Below the pieces are notes generated by a model, which was not told where the DNA came from, did no database searches, and saw only the letters and a list, made by a program, of their open reading frames with translations. Below, piece after piece: positions 1 to 8,638 of a stretch of 64,000 nucleotides of DNA. Position 1 is the stretch's first letter. The number at the start of each line of letters is the position of its first letter. Source of the DNA: Desulfosudis oleivorans (GTDB lineage Bacteria > Desulfobacterota > Desulfobacteria > Desulfobacterales > SURF-7); contig DYJD01000003.1 in assembly GCA_020723325.1 (NCBI GenBank), positions 39,822-103,821 on the forward strand. The letters run 5' to 3'. The position numbers and the translations under genes were made by a program.

Positions 1-664
1 CCTGCTTGTGGATTGCGATCCCCAGGCCAATGCCACCACCGGTGTGGGTATTGATAAGAGCGCGTTGTCCCATACCCTTTACCATGGCATGATCGGGATA
101 TCCGGGCTTAAGGAACTCATCGTGGAGAGCGGCATCCAGGACTTGCAGGTGATTCCGTCACGGGTGGAGTTGATCGGCTTCGAGGTGGAGATGATGGCGG
201 ACCCCTCCCGGGAAAAATGCCTGAAACGGTTGCTGGGGGAGTTGAACGGAGAATATGATTATGTGATTCTGGATTGTCCGCCGTCCTTGAGTCTCCTGAC
301 CCTCAACGCCATGACCGCGGCCCATACGGTTCTCATTCCACTGCAAAGTGAATTTTATGCCCTGGAGGGGCTGGGCCAATTGATGCAGACCATCAAACGT
401 ATCAAACAACAGTTGAATCCGGATCTGAAAATCGCCGGCATTCTCCTGACCATGTATGACAAGCGCACCAACCTGTCGTCCCAGGTGGCTGAAAACGCAG
501 AGAAATATTTCAAAGACCTGGTTTTTAAAACCCGTATTCCCCGGAATGTGCGTTTGGGGGAGGCCCCCAGTTTCGGCAAACCCATTTTGATGTACGACCC
601 GGCTTCCGTGGGGGCGGTGAGTTATATGGGGCTGGCAGAGGAAATGATGAAAAACCAGTGTTGA
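1..664 (+). CDS. parA: ParA/Soj chromosome-partitioning ATPase (5' partial, frame open to window start)
   Basis: Frame is open from the window edge. LLVDCDPQANAT, ILDCPPSL and IPRNVRLGEAPSFGKP are typical ParA/Soj strings. parB follows directly. Confidence 0.9.
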   Translation, partial: LLVDCDPQANATTGVGIDKSALSHTLYHGMIGISGLKELIVESGIQDLQVIPSRVELIGFEVEMMADPSREKCLKRLLGELNGEYDYVILDCPPSLSLLTLNAMTAAHTVLIPLQSEFYALEGLGQLMQTIKRIKQQLNPDLKIAGILLTMYDKRTNLSSQVAENAEKYFKDLVFKTRIPRNVRLGEAPSFGKPILMYDPASVGAVSYMGLAEEMMKNQC

Positions 665-692
665 AAGCCTTAAGGGGCCCTGTTTTGGAACC

Positions 693-1613
693 ATGATGCC
701 GAAAGAAACCAATCCGATCCGCAAGGGCGACTCAACCATAAAAGGACCGAAAAAGATGGCGCTGGGCAGAGGGCTGGATGCCTTGTTTCCGGACATCGGC
801 AAGCCGGAGCAACCGGCCGCGGCCGATTATTTCCAATGTGATGTTGAATTGATCCGTCCCAATCCGTTTCAACCCCGGTCGCATTTTTCCGAGGAAGAAC
901 TCCTGGAATTGAGCCGCTCCATTGAAGCCCAGGGGATACTGCAGCCGCTCATTGTGCGCAAGGCCGAGGTGGGTTATGAATTGATCGCCGGGGAAAGGCG
1001 GCTGCGGGCCTCCAAGCTGGCCGGAGTCAGGCAAGTGCCGGTGGTGGTCAAGGCTGTCTCGGACACGGAACTGCTGGAGATGTCCATTGTGGAAAATATC
1101 CAGCGGGAAAATTTGAATCCCATGGAAGAGGCCGAAGCCTATCGGCGGTTGCTGAATGAATTCCATTTGACCCAGGATCAGGTGGCCGGCCGGGTGGGCA
1201 AGAGCCGCTCGGCGGTGGCCAATTTTCTGCGTTTGTGCCAACTGCCGGAACCGATCAAGACCAGTCTTTCCAGGGGGGTGTTGAGCATGGGCCATGCCCG
1301 CGCCTTGTTGGGGGCCGATACCCCGGCCCAACAAAATACCGCCTTCCAGACCGTCATTGCCAAAAATCTTTCCGTGCGTGAAACCGAGGCGCTGGTTAAA
1401 CGGTTGCGCGAGCAACCGGAAAAACCGCCGCCAGCCTTGAAAAGCTCCGACGAGATATATTTCGAGAGCATTGCCGAAGATCTTTCCCGCCATTTTGGAA
1501 CCAAAATCCTCATCAAACGCAACGGTCAAAGGGGCAAGGTGGAGATCGAATTCTACAACAACGACGATCTGGATCGGTTGCTGCGGCTTTTGAAACAGGA
1601 GCAGGAAGGGTGA
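693..1613 (+). CDS. parB: ParB/Spo0J partition protein
   Basis: LGRGLDALF N-terminal box, LIAGERRLRA ParB box and an HTH region (SRSAVANFLRL). The start could instead be ATG 756. Confidence 0.92.
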   Translation: MMPKETNPIRKGDSTIKGPKKMALGRGLDALFPDIGKPEQPAAADYFQCDVELIRPNPFQPRSHFSEEELLELSRSIEAQGILQPLIVRKAEVGYELIAGERRLRASKLAGVRQVPVVVKAVSDTELLEMSIVENIQRENLNPMEEAEAYRRLLNEFHLTQDQVAGRVGKSRSAVANFLRLCQLPEPIKTSLSRGVLSMGHARALLGADTPAQQNTAFQTVIAKNLSVRETEALVKRLREQPEKPPPALKSSDEIYFESIAEDLSRHFGTKILIKRNGQRGKVEIEFYNNDDLDRLLRLLKQEQEG

Positions 1614-1621
1614 GGGATGCA

Positions 1622-1850
1622 GGCCATGGTCAATTTTTCCGCCGCGATAATTAAATTCGAAATTCTAAAACCGAAATCCGAAACAAATTCAAAATTTCAA
1701 TGACCAAAAAAGTAAAACAAAAAACAGTGATTCAATGGCCAAATCAATTACCAGGTTTGTTGTATTTGAATTTTGATAATTCGAATTTGTTTCGCATTTC
1801 GATATTCGGATTTCGGATTTTCTTGACTGACCGAAACGATGATCAAGGCC
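1622..1850. repeat. AT-rich long-hairpin intergenic element, family 1, copy A
   Basis: Two inverted arms of CGAAAT/CGGATTT units around GAAACAAATTC(G/A)AA, with a centre containing TTCAATGGC. Right terminus is CCGAAACGATGATCAAGGCC. Related copies lie at 35.1, 49.0 and 52.0 kb. Confidence 0.85.
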
Positions 1851-1864
1851 GGGATACATGAAGT

Positions 1865-2392
1865 ATGTCGGTTCACATAATCATTGATGGTTACAATTTG
1901 ATTCGCCAATCAGCGTTGCTTGGCCCCCTGGATCAAAAGGACTTGCAGCTCGGCCGGGAGGTGTTGATTGACATGTTGGCGGCTTATAAAAAAATGAAGC
2001 CCCACACCATCACCGTGGTATTTGACGGGGCTGAGGCCCCTGATTTCATTGAGCCCCAGGTCCGCTCCAAGGGGATCGGGATTCGTTTTTCCCGTCAAGG
2101 GGAATCAGCGGATGCGGTGATCAAGCGCATGCTGGCCCGGGAAAAGGAGCGGGCCCTGGTGGTCAGCTCGGACCGGGAGATAACCGCCTTTGCCGCGGCC
2201 TGTAAGGCGGCGAGCATAACCTCGCCTGAATTTGAAGCGCGCCTTGCCATGGCGGCCTATGCCACGGTCAAGGGCGGGCTGGTGGACGATGAGGCTGACG
2301 GCGGTTGGGAACCCACCACCCGAAAGAAAGGCCCCACACGCCGACGCTCCAAGCAGGAACGCCGCAACCAGGTGAAGGTGAATAAGTTGTAG
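1865..2392 (+). CDS. NYN/YacP-like (PIN-like) domain protein with a basic C-terminal tail
   Basis: MSVHIIIDGYNLIRQS...ITVVFDG...VVSSDREI matches the YacP/NYN family layout as I remember it. The tail is KKGPTRRRSKQERRNQ. Confidence 0.65.
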   Translation: MSVHIIIDGYNLIRQSALLGPLDQKDLQLGREVLIDMLAAYKKMKPHTITVVFDGAEAPDFIEPQVRSKGIGIRFSRQGESADAVIKRMLAREKERALVVSSDREITAFAAACKAASITSPEFEARLAMAAYATVKGGLVDDEADGGWEPTTRKKGPTRRRSKQERRNQVKVNKL

Positions 2393-2426
2393 GTTGTAGT
2401 TTTCATACAAAGGACCCATCCAAACC

Positions 2427-2852
2427 ATGAAGCGAATTTGTGTCATCGACGGCCAGGGCGGTGGAATCGGCAGCGCTGTCATCAAAAAGTTGAAAGAGAC
2501 TTTCGGTGAATCCATTGAAATCATCGCCCTGGGAACCAATGCCATAGCCACGGCCCAGATGCTGAAAGCCCGGGCCAACCGGGGGGCTTCTGGTGAGAAC
2601 GCCATTGTGCGCACGGCGCCGTTGGTGGATGTGATCATTTGTCCCATCAGCATCATCATGGTGCATGCCATGATGGGCGAAGTCACGCCCAAAATGGCCG
2701 AGGCTGTGGCCGGCAGCCCGGCTGCAAAGATCATCCTGCCCCTTTCCCAGGAGAATGTGGCGGTGGTCGGCGCAGACGGCGCGCCTTTGCCGCATTTAAT
2801 CGAAAGAATGATTGCGGATCACCTGCAAGCCTTTGTTTTACCCTGTGAATGA
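2427..2852 (+). CDS. Small conserved protein, DUF3842-like
   Basis: The N-terminus MKRICVIDGQGGGIGSAVIKKLKE matches my memory of the DUF3842 family. Family assignment is unverified. Confidence 0.5.
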   Translation: MKRICVIDGQGGGIGSAVIKKLKETFGESIEIIALGTNAIATAQMLKARANRGASGENAIVRTAPLVDVIICPISIIMVHAMMGEVTPKMAEAVAGSPAAKIILPLSQENVAVVGADGAPLPHLIERMIADHLQAFVLPCE

Positions 2853-2855
2853 CCC

Positions 2856-4586
2856 ATGAAGATCTTAATTGCCAAAACCGCCGGCTTTTGCATGGGGGTG
2901 CGACGGGCCGTGGAAATGTCCCTGGACGCCTCCAATAATACCCATGAGCCCATCTGCTCCTTTGGACCTTTGATACATAATCCTCAGGTATTGAAGCTGC
3001 TGGAGGAAAAGGGCCTGCATGTGATCGACCGGATTCCGGAAAGCGGTTCCGGCACGATTTTGATCCGGGCCCATGGTGTTCCGCCCCAGACCAAGGTGCA
3101 ACTGACCCAAGCCGGTTTTACCGTCATTGACGCCACCTGCCCAAGGGTCATCAGGGTTCAGACCATAATCCGCAAACACTCGGCCAAGGGATACTCCGTC
3201 ATCATCATCGGTGATCGTGATCATCCGGAAGTGGTTGGTCTTTTGGGCTATGCCGGTGAAAAAGGATATGTGGTTCAAGACCTGCCAAGCCTGAATGCGC
3301 TGCCGGCCTTTGAGCAGGCCATCATTGTGGCGCAAACAACCCAGAATATCCGCTTTTTCGAGGCGGTCAAGAAATGGGCCGCCGACAAACATCCCCATTA
3401 CAAAATATTCAATACCATTTGCGATTCCACAGACAAGCGCCAGACCGAAGTCGAGCAGCTCTCCCAGGTGGTGGACGCCATGATCGTGGTGGGCGGATAC
3501 GACAGCGGTAACACCCAGCGCCTGGCGGAAGTGGCCCGGCAAGCCGGAAAACCGGCCTTTCATATCGAGACCGAGGCGGACATCGATCCCCAAGCCTTGG
3601 CCGGGGTCCGGTCCGTGGGGATTACCGCCGGAGCTTCCACGCCCAACTGGATCATCAACCGGGTCTTCCGCAGGATGGAAGCCCTGCCCTTTGAAAAAAA
3701 CGGGCAGCGGTTGCGGCTGCTGTATTCCTTGCAGCGCATGCTCTTGTTCACCAATTTGTATATCGCCCTGGGCGCAGGCTGCCTGACTTTTGTGGCCGTC
3801 CAACTCCAAAATATGGGGGAATATTTTCCGCCCCTCATGATTGCCTGCCTGTATATATTATCCATGCATACCTTCAATCACCTCACCGGGCGCCAGTCGG
3901 ACCGCTACAATGATCCTGATCGGGCCGGTTTTTACGAGGATCATCATAAAGCATTGGCCTTGATGGCGACTGTCGCAGGAGCGGCCGTATTGATCATCGG
4001 GTATACCATGATGGGCTTCCTGCCTTTTTGTATATTGCTGGCCATGAGCGTCCTGGGTGGTCTGTATAACGTCAAAATCCGGCCGGGCCGGAGTTCCAAC
4101 ATCGCCTTTCGCTCCATCAAGGATATTCCCGGCTCCAAGACCGTCCTGATCGTGCTGGCCTGGAGTGTGGTGACGGCATTATTGCCCACCCTGTTCGCCG
4201 GTGGCCGAATCGGCCTATCTACGGTTTTTGCTTTTATTTGGTCCGCAGGGCTGGTTTTCATCCGGACCGCTTTTTTCGATATACTGGACATGCAGGGGGA
4301 CCGAATCGTCGGCCGGGAAACCATCCCCCTTTTTTTAGGGGAGGTCCGCACCCAAAAATTGCTGAAAAGAACGGCCCTGGCCATGACCGTAATTTCCCTC
4401 ATAACCGCCCTGGTGGGAAATATTCCATTTTTAGCGGCGATTTTGGGGATTGTGCCGGCCCTGATGTACGGCATCATTCAGGCCCATGAGCGCAGGCTGC
4501 TTTTGACCGGGACCCGGTTGACTTTTCTGGTTGAATCGGTTTTTGTATTGGCGGGTTTAGTGGCTGTTGGCTGGTCCTTAATATAA
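2856..4586 (+). CDS. ispH: IspH (HMBPP reductase) fused to a UbiA-superfamily membrane prenyltransferase-like domain
   Basis: The N-terminal ~275 aa carry the three IspH cluster cysteines in context (GFCMGV, DATCPRV, NTICDST). The C-terminal ~290 aa are polytopic, with Asp-rich loops NHLTGRQSDRYNDPDR and DILDMQGDRIVGRETIPLFLG. It is one uninterrupted frame. Confidence 0.85.
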   Translation: MKILIAKTAGFCMGVRRAVEMSLDASNNTHEPICSFGPLIHNPQVLKLLEEKGLHVIDRIPESGSGTILIRAHGVPPQTKVQLTQAGFTVIDATCPRVIRVQTIIRKHSAKGYSVIIIGDRDHPEVVGLLGYAGEKGYVVQDLPSLNALPAFEQAIIVAQTTQNIRFFEAVKKWAADKHPHYKIFNTICDSTDKRQTEVEQLSQVVDAMIVVGGYDSGNTQRLAEVARQAGKPAFHIETEADIDPQALAGVRSVGITAGASTPNWIINRVFRRMEALPFEKNGQRLRLLYSLQRMLLFTNLYIALGAGCLTFVAVQLQNMGEYFPPLMIACLYILSMHTFNHLTGRQSDRYNDPDRAGFYEDHHKALALMATVAGAAVLIIGYTMMGFLPFCILLAMSVLGGLYNVKIRPGRSSNIAFRSIKDIPGSKTVLIVLAWSVVTALLPTLFAGGRIGLSTVFAFIWSAGLVFIRTAFFDILDMQGDRIVGRETIPLFLGEVRTQKLLKRTALAMTVISLITALVGNIPFLAAILGIVPALMYGIIQAHERRLLLTGTRLTFLVESVFVLAGLVAVGWSLI

Positions 4587-4602
4587 AAAGCCTTTAGTTT
4601 TC

Positions 4603-4683
4603 GGCCGTGGTCATTGCTTCGGCCATAAAAAAGTAAATTCGAATTTCAGATTTTTCTGACCGGCTGAAACGATGATCAAGAGC
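4603..4683. repeat. Core-less mini copy of the family 1 element (termini only)
   Basis: GGCCGTGGTCATTGCTTCGGCC ... AAATTCGAATTTCAGATTTTTCTGACCGGCTGAAACGATGATCAAGAGC matches the termini of the full copies. Confidence 0.55.
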
Positions 4684-4740
4684 TATCTTTTACGTTTCGT
4701 GTCGTTGGCTTATTTCTCCAAAACTATTGCCAGTGTGGAA

Positions 4741-5388
4741 TCACTTGCGCCGCTCCCAGATAAACGCTTCGGTACGATTTCGAAGGCGTTTGATGTTCTC
4801 CCGGTGTCGTTCAATGACCCAGACGGACAGAACTGCGGCCAGGCCCACCGAAAGCAAGGCGCCGCTGGTGAAGTAGACCACTGCCGGCAGAATGAACATG
4901 GCAGTGATTGATCCCACGGAAGCATGATTGCTTAGGCCGGCGGCAATCACAAAAACGACGAGGCAAACCGCTACAGCCCAGGGACTCAGGGCCAGAAAGC
5001 AGCCTGCGGCCGTGGCCACACCCTTGCCCCCATCTTTGAATCCAAGGAACAGCGGATAGAGGTGTCCGAGAAAGGCCGCCAAGGCTGCAAGGATCGGCAG
5101 GACATCAGGGGGAAGGGGCTTGGAAAAGGGGGCGAGCTGGGCACAATACACCGGCAGGGCGCCTTTTAGAACATCTCCTATAAGAGTCAGCAGTGCCGGC
5201 AGGGTTCCTGCTGTCCGACGCACGTTGGTGGCGCCGATATTGCCGCTGCCCTTGTGGCGAATGTCCTGGTTGGTGAAGAGTCTTGTAAACACAAGGCCCC
5301 AGGGGATGGAGCCCAACAAATAGGCGCCGAGAATCAGGAGACCTTCGGTAAGCATGGCGGTAAAAGTAGTGCTCATAAATAAATCCAT
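4741..5388 (-). CDS. plsY: Glycerol-3-phosphate acyltransferase PlsY
   Basis: Polytopic ~215-aa protein with GSIPWG and HKGSGNIGATNVRR signature strings. Confidence 0.9.
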   Translation of the reverse strand: MDLFMSTTFTAMLTEGLLILGAYLLGSIPWGLVFTRLFTNQDIRHKGSGNIGATNVRRTAGTLPALLTLIGDVLKGALPVYCAQLAPFSKPLPPDVLPILAALAAFLGHLYPLFLGFKDGGKGVATAAGCFLALSPWAVAVCLVVFVIAAGLSNHASVGSITAMFILPAVVYFTSGALLSVGLAAVLSVWVIERHRENIKRLRNRTEAFIWERRK

Positions 5389-5417
5389 TTTCCGATGCCG
5401 TTATTCTTTAGCTGTTT

Positions 5418-5458
5418 TTTAACGGTTAATAATCAATTGTCAACGGTTAATTGTTAAT
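5418..5458. repeat. AT-rich AACGGTTAAT / TTAATAATCAATTG repeat block
   Basis: AACGGTTAAT occurs twice here. The reverse complement of this block matches ATTAACAATTGATTATTAAC at 27644-27680. Confidence 0.4.
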
Positions 5459-5533
5459 GAAAAAGCGGCGGGTGAGTTTGGCTGAGCGCTGTGGAACGAC
5501 CCCGACCCCGAAAAAGCCAAATGAGATTTTTCC

Positions 5534-5803
5534 ATGGAGCCAATCAATATACCCATTGAGGATGAACTCGATCTTCACACCTTTGCCCCGGGAGAGGTTC
5601 CGGACCTGCTCAATGAATACCTGCATGCCTGTACAATCAAGGGGTTTGTGGAAGTGCGCCTGATCCACGGCAAAGGCAGCGGTCGGCTGCGACAGCTTGT
5701 CCGAACTGTTTTGCAGAACCATCCGCTGGTACAATGGTTCCAGGATGCGCCGCCCGGGGCCGGGGGATGGGGCGCCACCCTGGTGCGGCTAAGACAACTG
5801 TAA
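5534..5803 (+). CDS. Smr domain protein
   Basis: LDLHTF...VRLIHGKGSGRLRQLVRTVL is the typical Smr/MutS2 C-terminal domain motif. Confidence 0.8.
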   Translation: MEPINIPIEDELDLHTFAPGEVPDLLNEYLHACTIKGFVEVRLIHGKGSGRLRQLVRTVLQNHPLVQWFQDAPPGAGGWGATLVRLRQL

Positions 5804-5920
5804 GCATTTGACATTTGGGATAAATTCACGTACTATAACAGGGTAATCAGGCGACGAACCCAATAATTTTCACACAACCATCTGAAATCAAACAAGTTAA
5901 CACGTGGCGACCGATTCCCT

Positions 5921-8638
5921 ATGGCGGATGAACCCATAAAGCTGATCACCACCGCCTGCACGGCCTGCAAGGCAAATTATCAGGTACCGGATACAATCGC
6001 AGGCAAGACCATTGCCTGTAAGAAATGCGGCCAGAAATTCATCATCCAGGCCTTGCCGCCACCCTATCCCCTTGTCGCTAAACTGGCTGTCGATAATCAG
6101 TTGCTCACGGTAAAACAGGTCGCCGAAGCCATGGCTCTGCAGGTTGCTTTGAAAAAAGCCGGGCGGGAAATGCCGCTGGAGGAGATTTTTCTGAAGAAGC
6201 AGATGCTGCGCCAAGAGGATTTATTCCGACTGCTGATCGCCGCCAACCGTAAATTGGATAAGGAGTTCGGGGCCATCCTGGTGAAAGAGAACCTGGGGGT
6301 CCAAGCCGACATCGACGCGGCCCTGAAAGAACAATCTGACCGTTTCACCAATTCGGGGGATTGTTTCCTGATCGGTGACCTCCTGGTGGCGTCCGGCAAG
6401 TTGACCCGGGAAAAACAAGAGGCGCTGCTTGCCCAGCAGCAGCGCAAGGACGCTTTAAAACTTCTACGCCTTTATTCCCCCAAACATGGGCAGTCCGGTG
6501 CCGCCGCCCCCCAGCCTGAAGAGCCGGCTGCCGCGGTTCCGGATGCTGAGGCGCAAAAGGTGGTGGCTTCCAAACAGGAAGTCTTTACCGACAAGAAATT
6601 CTTCCGTATCCGCAATCTGGACAAGGCCTTTGTGCATTATGCCCTGGGCCGGAAGCTCATCACCCAGGAAGAGGCCGACCAGGCCCTTTCCGAGCAGTTG
6701 AAGTTGTATGAGGAAAGCAAACGCCGCATGCTGGTGGGCGATATTCTAGTTGCCCTGGGGGTGATCCAGCCCCAGCAGCGGGACCGTATGTTGGTGGAGC
6801 AGAAGCGCAGCGAGGAAGCGGATCTGACCTTCGGGGAGATGTGCATTAAAATGGGGGCTGTTTCCCAGGAACGGCTTGATCTGGCCTTTTCCCTGCAGAC
6901 CAAACAATTGCGGGAAAAACGATTGAAGGCCTCCGTTGCCGGTATTCTTATTCAGATTGGAGACTTGACGGAGGAGCAAGCCGAGGTTGTGAAGCAGAAG
7001 GTCTTGGAAGAACTGGCGGCCGCTGCTCAGAAGGATTCAGGCGAAATGACCCATGCCGGCCGCTTCCAGCTCCAGGACTGCGAGTTTGAATTCGAAGTAA
7101 GTTCTGATAGTCTTAAGGCCGTGATTCACAGCAAGGCAGAGGATTTGGGAACCGTCAGCGCGGAGCACATCAGGAACTATCTGGCTGGAAAACAAATTAT
7201 CCACGGTATCGCCAATGACCAGGACATCGAAAATTTTCTGAAACAGAAGCCCGATAAGCGCCGGCCGTTTGAAATCGCAGTGGGCAGGCCCGCTCGGCCG
7301 GGGCGGGAGGGCGGAATCAAGTACTTTTTTGAAACCGAACCACTCAAGGTCGGTTCCATCCAGGAAGACGGCTATATTGACTACAAGGATCGGGGGGAGA
7401 TCCCCCATGTTGCCCAGGGTGACCTGATTGCCGAGCTCATCCCCATGATCCAGGGGGAGCCTGGCGTCACTATTTACGGTGAAACCATACCGGTACCCCA
7501 TATAAAGGAAGCAAAAATCCGGGTGGGGGCTGGCGTGGAACTTTCTGAAGACGGCACCCGGGCTTTTGCCAAAATCGGCGGAAGGCCAGAGCTTTCCTTT
7601 GGCGGAAAATTGTCGGTTCTGGCGGAAATGAAAATCAAAGGCGATGTCTGCTGGGAGACCGGCCACATCGATTTTCCCGGCAATATAGAAGTGGGTGGAA
7701 CAATCCAGACAGGTTTCCGCGTTAAAGCCGTTCAAATCACCGCCAAGGAGATTCTCGGGGCGGAAATCGAAGCATCGGGCGATATCCTCATCAGCGGCGG
7801 AATCAGCGGGGCGGTCATCAAAACCCAGGGCGGGGTGACGGCCAAATATATTCAGAACTCCCGCATCGCGGCCTTCGGCGACGTGGTCACCCAGAAGGAG
7901 ATCATTGATTCCACCATCGACACCAGCGGCGCATGTATTGTTAAAGGCGGTAAAGTCATCGCCTCGGTCATTTCCGCTAAAATGGGGGTTGAAGCCTTGG
8001 ACATCGGCTCGGAAATTTCCAGCCCCAACAAGCTGAAAGTGGGGGTGGATCAGCAACTGGACCAGAAACTAGCGGAGATGAAGCAAGCCATCAATGAACT
8101 GGAGGCGCGCAAGCTGGCGGTAACAGAGGAAGTCGGGAAATTGGATGCGGAAGAGCAAAGCCTCCAAGTTCAAATCGCCCGTTCGGCCCAGGATCAGGAT
8201 CGGTCCGAGGTTGAAATCAGATCCCTGAAAAAAAAGCAAGCTGACCCGGCCGAGGACCAGGCCCAGCTCAGCGCAAGGATCAATGAGCTGCATCAAAAGG
8301 CCAAGACAGCCGAAAAAATGATCAACGAGCTGTTTGAACAACAGGATCGTTTTGAGCAGAAAAAACTGGATTTCCAGAGCCGGCTACGCGAAGTCGAAGA
8401 AAAAATTGCCGAACGTAATGCGGAGCGGGAAGGCATCATGCGCTGGGCCCAACAGCAACAGGGCAATCCGGTGGTGCGGGCCCGGGGCGCCATATTCAGC
8501 GGCACAGCGATTTTCGGCCCGCATGTTTCCATGATTCTGCGGGAATCTTACAAACGTGCCCAACTCAAGGAAAGCCGCGTATTGGATCCCAAGTCTGATG
8601 TGGAATGGGAATTGAAACTGTCGATGATAAAAGCGTGA
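5921..8638 (+). CDS. Zinc-ribbon / MshEN-like repeat / DUF342 (FapA) domain protein with a C-terminal coiled coil
   Basis: CTACKANYQVPDTIAGKTIACKKCG zinc ribbon. Seven ~24-aa repeats of the type hGxxLhxxGxhxxxxhxxALxxQ (for example LIGDLLVASGKLTREKQEALLAQQ). DUF342-like core IKYFFET...DYKDRGEIPHV...GEPGVTIYGE. Gly-rich beta-helix-like repeats and a long charged coiled coil. Confidence 0.75.
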   Translation: MADEPIKLITTACTACKANYQVPDTIAGKTIACKKCGQKFIIQALPPPYPLVAKLAVDNQLLTVKQVAEAMALQVALKKAGREMPLEEIFLKKQMLRQEDLFRLLIAANRKLDKEFGAILVKENLGVQADIDAALKEQSDRFTNSGDCFLIGDLLVASGKLTREKQEALLAQQQRKDALKLLRLYSPKHGQSGAAAPQPEEPAAAVPDAEAQKVVASKQEVFTDKKFFRIRNLDKAFVHYALGRKLITQEEADQALSEQLKLYEESKRRMLVGDILVALGVIQPQQRDRMLVEQKRSEEADLTFGEMCIKMGAVSQERLDLAFSLQTKQLREKRLKASVAGILIQIGDLTEEQAEVVKQKVLEELAAAAQKDSGEMTHAGRFQLQDCEFEFEVSSDSLKAVIHSKAEDLGTVSAEHIRNYLAGKQIIHGIANDQDIENFLKQKPDKRRPFEIAVGRPARPGREGGIKYFFETEPLKVGSIQEDGYIDYKDRGEIPHVAQGDLIAELIPMIQGEPGVTIYGETIPVPHIKEAKIRVGAGVELSEDGTRAFAKIGGRPELSFGGKLSVLAEMKIKGDVCWETGHIDFPGNIEVGGTIQTGFRVKAVQITAKEILGAEIEASGDILISGGISGAVIKTQGGVTAKYIQNSRIAAFGDVVTQKEIIDSTIDTSGACIVKGGKVIASVISAKMGVEALDIGSEISSPNKLKVGVDQQLDQKLAEMKQAINELEARKLAVTEEVGKLDAEEQSLQVQIARSAQDQDRSEVEIRSLKKKQADPAEDQAQLSARINELHQKAKTAEKMINELFEQQDRFEQKKLDFQSRLREVEEKIAERNAEREGIMRWAQQQQGNPVVRARGAIFSGTAIFGPHVSMILRESYKRAQLKESRVLDPKSDVEWELKLSMIKA

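Noticed and set aside
1614-1864. Replication origin next to parAB.
   Set aside because: The gap is occupied by a family 1 hairpin element. I saw no cluster of DnaA boxes (TTATCCACA); the only near match, TTATCCACG, lies inside a gene at about 7198. There is no dnaA or dnaN in the window.
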